DNA from: Verrucomicrobiaceae bacterium
GTDB lineage: Bacteria; Verrucomicrobiota; Verrucomicrobiia; Verrucomicrobiales; Verrucomicrobiaceae
Direction of reading: 5' to 3'
Assembly (NCBI GenBank): GCA_046346695.1
Contig: JAXMHS010000004.1
Coordinates: 98,085 to 162,084 of the forward strand
Length of the DNA stretch: 64,000 bases
Part shown: positions 57,333 through 64,000 of the stretch, piece by piece
How positions within the stretch are numbered: position 1 is the first letter of the stretch
How the letters are laid out: each line of letters opens with the position of its first letter
Position numbers and translations under genes: made by a program
Notes under the pieces: model-generated
Databases searched by the model: none
The model's input: the letters and a program-made list of their open reading frames with translations, nothing else
What the model was told of the DNA's origin: nothing

Positions 57333-58442
57333 ATGAAACCCTCGCTTCTCCTCCCCATTTTGGCCACAGCGTTCACGGCTCACCTCGCCGCTCAAACGCC
57401 TGCAGCCGAACCAACGGCCCCAGCTCCGACCTCCCCTGCCCCGCAAGTCATCCTCACCCCAGCGCAAACGGCCAACATCCTGAAGCAACTGGAGCAGATC
57501 GAATCGCAAATCGGCCAGGGACGCACTTCCATCTTGAGCGCGGCGTTGACGAAATTCCGTGCTGCCATGGGAAGCGCCAACGACGCGCTGGGACTCTACC
57601 TCGACTGCATCAAGCTGGAGGATTTTGAGCGCAAGGATCTGAAGCAGACCGATTTCATGGACTGGCGAGATAAAAACGAAGCCCGGCTGAAGGATGAGGA
57701 CTTTACCACCGGATTGTTGCTGCAACTGGAATACCTCGTGATGACCATCCAGGCGCAGGATGTGAGCGAAATATCAAAGATGGGGCCCATGGTGACCGCC
57801 CTGCAGGCGTTCATTGCCAAGGAAATCGCTGCCATCCAAAACACCACAAAACACACGGCATCAGGCGCGGTAGAAGCCAAGGATAATGGCAAAGGAGGAG
57901 GTGGTGGTGGCGGACGCCAGGGTGGTGGGCGGCAAGGAGGAGGCGGTGGCGGCCCTGGCGGCCAGCTTGCCAGCATGTTACGCCAGTCCGTCAAAAACAC
58001 CGAGTTCAGCAAGGCATATCTGTTGGAAGATCATCTGACTCGAAGGGACTGGCAGTATGCCCCGCTGGATGTAGGCGGCATTTACTCGAGCATCATCTTT
58101 CCTTATTACTTGTCGGAGAAGCCAACGGAATTGGCCGCACAATGGGATGCGCGCATCAATGCCGACATGGCAATTCACAAGGCAATGCGTAGCGAGACAG
58201 AATTCGCGATCTACTTCAAAGAAGAAAACCCCCGCCTGCAGTGGGCCAAAAACAATTTCCTCGTCACCAACAACGTGAATGCAGTCAACGCACTGGCGGA
58301 TCTGCTCAAAGTCATTCGTGACAACCCGAGCCACCCGGATGCCGCGTCGTGGCTGAGTGATTTCCGCCAATTGGTGAAAAGTGCCTCCGAGCCCGAACCG
58401 GGACCGGTGCCAACCGAAAAGCCCATCGGCAGCCAGCAATAG
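57333..58442 (+). CDS. Secreted hypothetical helical protein with a Gly-rich insert
   Basis: Signal peptide; host-like codon usage. Confidence 0.75.
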   Translation: MKPSLLLPILATAFTAHLAAQTPAAEPTAPAPTSPAPQVILTPAQTANILKQLEQIESQIGQGRTSILSAALTKFRAAMGSANDALGLYLDCIKLEDFERKDLKQTDFMDWRDKNEARLKDEDFTTGLLLQLEYLVMTIQAQDVSEISKMGPMVTALQAFIAKEIAAIQNTTKHTASGAVEAKDNGKGGGGGGGRQGGGRQGGGGGGPGGQLASMLRQSVKNTEFSKAYLLEDHLTRRDWQYAPLDVGGIYSSIIFPYYLSEKPTELAAQWDARINADMAIHKAMRSETEFAIYFKEENPRLQWAKNNFLVTNNVNAVNALADLLKVIRDNPSHPDAASWLSDFRQLVKSASEPEPGPVPTEKPIGSQQ

Positions 58443-58454
58443 CCCCAGCGGCGC

Positions 58455-58823
58455 ATGTTCCGCTGGATTGCCACGATCTTCCGCAGTTTCGGCCCCGCCT
58501 GGTCCGGGCTGGCCTGGGCCATGCGGGAACAACGGAATCTCAGGGCACATGCCCTGTTTACTTCGTTGGCGATGGTTTTCGGCTGGTGGCTGCAAATCGA
58601 GGCATGGGAATGGTGTGCTGTGATGCTGGCATCTGGTTTGGTGTGGGTGGCCGAATTACTCAACACAGCGCTTGAGGTGCTGGCAGACCGCGTAAGCCGG
58701 GAACGCGAGGAGTCCATCCGACGAGTGAAGGATACTGCGGCTGCCGCGGTGCTGCTGGCGGCAGTCGCGGCGTTTATCGTCGGATTGATCATTTTTCTGC
58801 CCAAGCTCTGGCGATTGATTTGA
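58455..58823 (+). CDS. dgkA: Prokaryotic diacylglycerol/undecaprenol kinase
   Basis: EQRNLRAH, AELLNTALE..D, KDTAAAAV. Confidence 0.88.
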   Translation: MFRWIATIFRSFGPAWSGLAWAMREQRNLRAHALFTSLAMVFGWWLQIEAWEWCAVMLASGLVWVAELLNTALEVLADRVSREREESIRRVKDTAAAAVLLAAVAAFIVGLIIFLPKLWRLI

Positions 58824-58842
58824 GAATGTCCCGCCACCAACC

Positions 58843-58870
58843 TTGACGCCGCGATGCGCGCTCCTATGAT
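58843..58870 (+). promoter_or_regulatory. sucD promoter
   Basis: TTGACG-N16-TATGAT. Confidence 0.65.
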
Positions 58871-58911
58871 GCGCGCCTCTCCGCCCCCAAAACTTTCACT
58901 TCCTCTCCCCG

Positions 58912-59820
<909 letters not shown>

Positions 59821-59855
59821 TGCTGCGGATGACGCCCAAGAACGAGCGATAAGTT

Positions 59856-59889
59856 AAAAAAAGCCGGACTCAATCGAGTCCGGCTTTTT
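59856..59889. terminator. Bidirectional terminator
   Basis: A7-GCCGGACTC/GAGTCCGGC-T5 between convergent genes. Confidence 0.85.
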
Positions 59890-59919
59890 CGCGAACAGTA
59901 CACCTTGGAAAAAACCGCG

Positions 59920-60300
59920 TCAGCTCCAGAAATGAAACCATTGGTTCAGCCAGCCAACCACGGCGGCGATGGCACAAACGACAAAGATGCCCTCGGTGAA
60001 CAGGCGCAAACGCTCACCGCGTCGGGCACGCTGCTGGGCCATGGGCAGGCGGCGGGGATGGCGAACGGGTGACGGAAGTTCCATCGGCGGCACCATGTTC
60101 ACATTGGCCAGCCGATGCCGACGCTGAATTCCGGGGGCAGCCGTAATGAAGCACTCCAAACGGTGAATCTCGCTGCCCACTTCATCCGATTGCCTGGCAA
60201 GCTGACGCGACTTCGTGCGCGGCGACATCTCTTGTTGCATCTCCCGTACGGTTTTCGAGCGTCGGGAACGAATTTTTCGATTGCCGGAGAACAAGGACAT
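59920..60300 (-). CDS. Hypothetical protein, C-terminal TM anchor
   Basis: Basic N-terminal part and hydrophobic tail. Confidence 0.7.
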   Translation of the reverse strand: MSLFSGNRKIRSRRSKTVREMQQEMSPRTKSRQLARQSDEVGSEIHRLECFITAAPGIQRRHRLANVNMVPPMELPSPVRHPRRLPMAQQRARRGERLRLFTEGIFVVCAIAAVVGWLNQWFHFWS

Positions 60301-60334
60301 GGATGCGGAAGGGTGAACGGTTGACGATGGTGAA

Positions 60335-61018
60335 TCAGAACATCAGCCGGACCAGGACAATCGCGGCGAGCAAAGTGGCAATCAGCGGCAGCGTGAATGC
60401 AAATCCACGACGCATCCAAGCCCCCCAATCGTCAGTTTGCCCATTGAACATGGACAGCACTGACGCATCGGCGTCTTGCAGACTGATCGATCCTTGGTTG
60501 GCAGGCTCCTGCGGCTCCAGCGCCTGAATGCGTCGCACGCCCTTGTTAAAATCCCCTTCAGCATCATCAATGGCAGCCAGCGCGTGGTCGAGTTCCTGGT
60601 CCACTTGCGCACGATGCCAGCGCTCAGGTTGCAGGTTTTTCAGAATCTCCAGATGCTGGCGAAACTCGTCATGGGTGAGGCTGAGTTCCTCCACGCGTTT
60701 CTGCGCGTTGTAGAGCTCACGTTCGATGTGGCTGACCGAGCGCCCCAGTTTATCCAGTAGATCACGCTTCCCGGCGACAAACCGCTCCTGTTTGATGCGC
60801 AGCGCCTCGAGATGCTGCTTTTGACGCTCGATCTCCTCCTGCTGCATGCGAAGCTGGATCAACTGCTCCTGGGCGGCTTTGACCTTGAGATCCACATTGT
60901 CCAACGAGGCGCCATTGGCGGGCTCGTGTAGAAATTCCGGCGCTTCGTCGAAGACGAGGACATTTTCATCCAAACGACCGGTGGTCGGGGCCGGTGCAGA
61001 TGCTTTGCGGGTGATCAT
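60335..61018 (-). CDS. Hypothetical coiled-coil protein, C-terminal TM anchor
   Basis: Long heptad-rich region; tail FAFTLPLIATLLAAIVLVRLMF. Confidence 0.75.
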   Translation of the reverse strand: MITRKASAPAPTTGRLDENVLVFDEAPEFLHEPANGASLDNVDLKVKAAQEQLIQLRMQQEEIERQKQHLEALRIKQERFVAGKRDLLDKLGRSVSHIERELYNAQKRVEELSLTHDEFRQHLEILKNLQPERWHRAQVDQELDHALAAIDDAEGDFNKGVRRIQALEPQEPANQGSISLQDADASVLSMFNGQTDDWGAWMRRGFAFTLPLIATLLAAIVLVRLMF

Positions 61019-61051
61019 GGGAGTGCTGAAATTAATTACAGCCTCTAAATA

Positions 61052-62776
61052 CTACAGATCTCTTAAATATTCCAGATTTTTCGTGCGCTTCTTGGCAAAA
61101 AAGTACGGCACCCCCCCAAACACCACAGTAAGCACCGCCAGCGCTGCCAGACTGGCCAGTTCCCAGCGCCAGTCCGGCGTCTGCATCAGGGTGGCCTCCT
61201 GCTTCAAGTTCCCCCACGACGGAATAAGCGTAAACGCGGTTCCTCCCACGATGTAAACAAAACTCGCGATCAAGCACACCGTCCCTCCGAAGCCGGACAC
61301 GATCTTCGCCGGATTCGATTCACGGAAATTCGGCACCAGTGCCCCCAACGACAATGCCAGCGAGGTCAGACCGTAGCTTAACAGCAGTATCGCTGCGCTG
61401 AAGAACATAACACGCCTTACAGACAGCCCCAGCGACAGACCCGATACCACCACCAGCATCACCATCAACAGCGCCAGCACGCTGGCTGACAGACGCAGCT
61501 TCAAGGCGAGAACACGGTGCAGCGGCAGCGGGGAAAGTCCCAGCAACCACATGCGTCGTCCCTCCAGGCTGAACTGCGGATAGATGAAACGAGTCGTCAA
61601 CGTCGAGAGCGCCAGGCAACAGACCAGCAGGTTGAGATGACTCACCACCGTGATCCAGAATGGGCTTTGCAAATCGTAGCCCAGCTTGCGGAGATTCATC
61701 GAATACATCAGCAGCAGGCTGAAGATGATCGCGGTCTGACCCCACTGCACTGGCTCGCGCACAAAAGTGCGCGCGTCCTTCACCAGCAGCGCAAACGAGG
61801 CGCGGTCCAGTGCCAGCCACTTTCGGAGCTGGCTGGCCAGTTTTCCCGGTTGTTTGCTGAAAGCAGGCATTTCTTCGCCGCTTCCCGCTCCTGGATCAGC
61901 GCTCATCAACCGGTTCCACGCCGGCATGAAATGCACCGAGGCCACTCGCGTGGTGATTACGACGCTCATCGCCGCGTTCGCCAGCAGTACGAGGTTGAAA
62001 AACAACGCCCTCTCTCCAAGCCCGCGCCCCGCGGCCTGGATGGTCTCCGCCACCCACGCGCTCGGCAGCAGCGGGTGCATGCAAATCTCCGTGTGACGCA
62101 ATAGCTGGTTCAGGCTCGCTGTGAGGTCTCCGGAATTCCACGTCTCCAAGCCCGACTGCCACAAGGGCAGCGTCCTCGCCAACATGAATGCCAGCAGCAG
62201 CGCCAGCGGCTTCCACATCCACCGCCGCGCCCAGCGCACCAGCGCGATCAACAGCCACGTCGAAGCATTGGCTGCAATCATGACCAGCGACACAAGCGCC
62301 GGCACCACCATCGGCAGGAAGCCTGTCCGCCCCTCATACAGCATACGCGCCAAGGCCAGCAGGATCGGTGCGCTGAGCAGCAGCAGCCCCCAGCTTGCCA
62401 GCAGCATGCCTTCCAGCGTTTTCCACAACACCAGGCTTCGCGGCTGCAGCGGCAGCGCAACCTGCCACTCCATTTCCCTGCGTCGGAACAACCCCATCCC
62501 GGTGATCGTCGTGTTCGAGATCACCAGCATCACCAGGAAGAAGAAGAACAGCAGAAACACCAGCCGCTCTGTCAGCAGAGGGCCCACTAGCGGCAGCTTC
62601 ACGATGAATTCCAGCCCTCGTGCCACCAGCAGATAGGCCGCCACACTGTAAATGACGAGAAACAACGCCACCGTGGCACTCAGCAACCGGTTCTCGCGTA
62701 AACCCGTACGCATCTTGTGCCGCAGCATGCGCCAGTGCGCACGCCCGAGCAACGCAACAGCAGTGGCAGCAGTCAT
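61052..62776 (-). CDS. Putative ABC transporter permease subunit
   Basis: About 12 TM; LVKDARTFVREPVQW, RFIYPQFSLEG, PNFRESNPAKIVSGFGG; start uncertain. Confidence 0.8.
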   Translation of the reverse strand: MTAATAVALLGRAHWRMLRHKMRTGLRENRLLSATVALFLVIYSVAAYLLVARGLEFIVKLPLVGPLLTERLVFLLFFFFLVMLVISNTTITGMGLFRRREMEWQVALPLQPRSLVLWKTLEGMLLASWGLLLLSAPILLALARMLYEGRTGFLPMVVPALVSLVMIAANASTWLLIALVRWARRWMWKPLALLLAFMLARTLPLWQSGLETWNSGDLTASLNQLLRHTEICMHPLLPSAWVAETIQAAGRGLGERALFFNLVLLANAAMSVVITTRVASVHFMPAWNRLMSADPGAGSGEEMPAFSKQPGKLASQLRKWLALDRASFALLVKDARTFVREPVQWGQTAIIFSLLLMYSMNLRKLGYDLQSPFWITVVSHLNLLVCCLALSTLTTRFIYPQFSLEGRRMWLLGLSPLPLHRVLALKLRLSASVLALLMVMLVVVSGLSLGLSVRRVMFFSAAILLLSYGLTSLALSLGALVPNFRESNPAKIVSGFGGTVCLIASFVYIVGGTAFTLIPSWGNLKQEATLMQTPDWRWELASLAALAVLTVVFGGVPYFFAKKRTKNLEYLRDL

Positions 62777-62931
62777 CGGTTGGGACAAAAGAATGGTGAA
62801 ACTAGAGAGTCGGCGACACGGGTCAACATTCGCACACAAATCTTGCCGCACCACATGACGCTCGGAGTGCGCGGTCTGCCTGCCGGCATTATCTGCTTCC
62901 CAAATCTCCTGCGTCATTGGTACTATGGCGC

Positions 62932-63252
62932 ATGGAACCGCAGTCAGATCCGGCTGAGCAGCCGCACGCATGCACCTCGTCGTCCACTTGTGTTGGAACC
63001 TTTTCGCCGTCGGCGCCGGCAGAAAGCCCGCTCCGCAAGATGCTCATCTTCCTGCTCAAGGCGATCATCGTCGTTCCGCTGGGCGTTTCGGTCCTATGGA
63101 TGGAATACCAGGTCGGTGCGCTGGTGCTCGATGCGTTGATGGAAAAACCCTATGTGCTGACCGGAACCGAGCTGGGGTGGACCCGCAACGCCATGTGGAC
63201 CATCATCGTTCTCGGGTCAGTCTTTTACTGGAATCGCGTGAAGTTCGGCTAG
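62932..63252 (+). CDS. Small membrane hypothetical protein
   Basis: Two hydrophobic segments; start uncertain. Confidence 0.55.
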   Translation: MEPQSDPAEQPHACTSSSTCVGTFSPSAPAESPLRKMLIFLLKAIIVVPLGVSVLWMEYQVGALVLDALMEKPYVLTGTELGWTRNAMWTIIVLGSVFYWNRVKFG

Positions 63253-63307
63253 AACGACTGTTGACGCAGTTGCCGTCGTCCGTGAGTGGCGTATCGCTCC
63301 ACTCCCC

Positions 63308-64000
63308 ATGTTTTCGCACCGTTCCCTGCCTTTGGCATTGTTCCTTTCCCTCCCGCTGATCTCCCAGGCGCTGGAGGTGCGTGTTTCACCAACGCTCACG
63401 CTGCATCAGGCCGTTCAGCAAGTCCGTGATGAACGCAAAGCGGGAAACACGGAGCCTGCGACGATTGTTTTGCCGGAAGGCACCACGGAACTGCTGCAGC
63501 CGGTCATCTTGGAAGCGCAGGACTCGAATCTAAAGATCACTGGCACGAAGAGCACGCTGATCGGCGCACCGCTCGTCAAAGATTGGCAAAAGCATGATGG
63601 CCAGATCATCAAATCAGGTGTCTCGAAGCTGCTGCCGAAGGGCTTCGTGCCGAAACAACTCCTCTGCGACGGTGAACGCCAGATCCTTGCCCGCTACCCG
63701 AACTTCGACGCGAAGGACCCGCTTTACGGCGGCTGGGCCTTCGTTGCACCGTTTCCGCCCGCAGGTGCTCCTGAAGGCCATCTTTGGAAACGCACGCTCT
63801 TCGTGAAGCCGGAGGACGTGCGCCAGTGGGCGCATCCCGAGGACGTGGAGATTGACATCTTCGCTCAATACGGCTGGTGGAACTTCATTGAGCCCGTCGC
63901 ATCGCTCGATCCGGCCACGCGCTTGCTCACGCTGAAAAAAGACTGCGGATACGACCTCCACCCGCACAACCGCTACCACTTTCAAAACGCGCTCGAAGAG
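63308..64000 (+). CDS. Secreted right-handed beta-helix / GH141-like protein, 5' part (runs off window end)
   Basis: Manual translation MFSHRSLPLALFLSLPLISQA...LLCDGERQILARYPN...YGWWNF...NRYHFQNALEE. Confidence 0.75.
   Translation, partial: MFSHRSLPLALFLSLPLISQALEVRVSPTLTLHQAVQQVRDERKAGNTEPATIVLPEGTTELLQPVILEAQDSNLKITGTKSTLIGAPLVKDWQKHDGQIIKSGVSKLLPKGFVPKQLLCDGERQILARYPNFDAKDPLYGGWAFVAPFPPAGAPEGHLWKRTLFVKPEDVRQWAHPEDVEIDIFAQYGWWNFIEPVASLDPATRLLTLKKDCGYDLHPHNRYHFQNALEE

Overview
GC-rich chromosomal window whose gene content (PSCyt1-type cytochrome c domains, AFTLIELLVV prepilin-like genes, PQQ-like propeller proteins, lpxI) points to Verrucomicrobiota, probably Verrucomicrobiaceae (inference). 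Most of it is housekeeping or envelope genes (ispE, lpxI, trmD, sucC, sucD, ileS, phrB, tRNA-Ser, dus, moeB, amidase), plus a system-II cytochrome c maturation operon with its own unusual client cytochromes. Two accessory hotspots stand out. (1) 35.2-38.8 kb is an integron-type gene-cassette array with no integrase nearby. It has three attC sites, and each cassette's R'' box is the exact complement of the R' box in front of it. It carries an Mrr-like endonuclease cassette clipped by an IS3/IS407 element. (2) 48.2-54.0 kb holds a decayed attC/cassette remnant, an IS3 relic, a stand-alone Kinase-PolyVal-like gene bracketed by 54-bp promoter-containing direct repeats, a RAYT flanked by two 159-bp REP-doublet elements, and a second, mutated IS407 copy interrupting a 278-aa unknown gene. 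Other candidates: an unannotated 6S-like ncRNA, tandem pilin-like genes sharing a promoter box and a covarying leader hairpin, and a di-heme/FGE-fold protein with a DxxSxPT motif that might be a non-canonical ApbE flavinylation site. Family assignments are from recalled motifs only; no searches were run. No CRISPR array or rRNA was seen.
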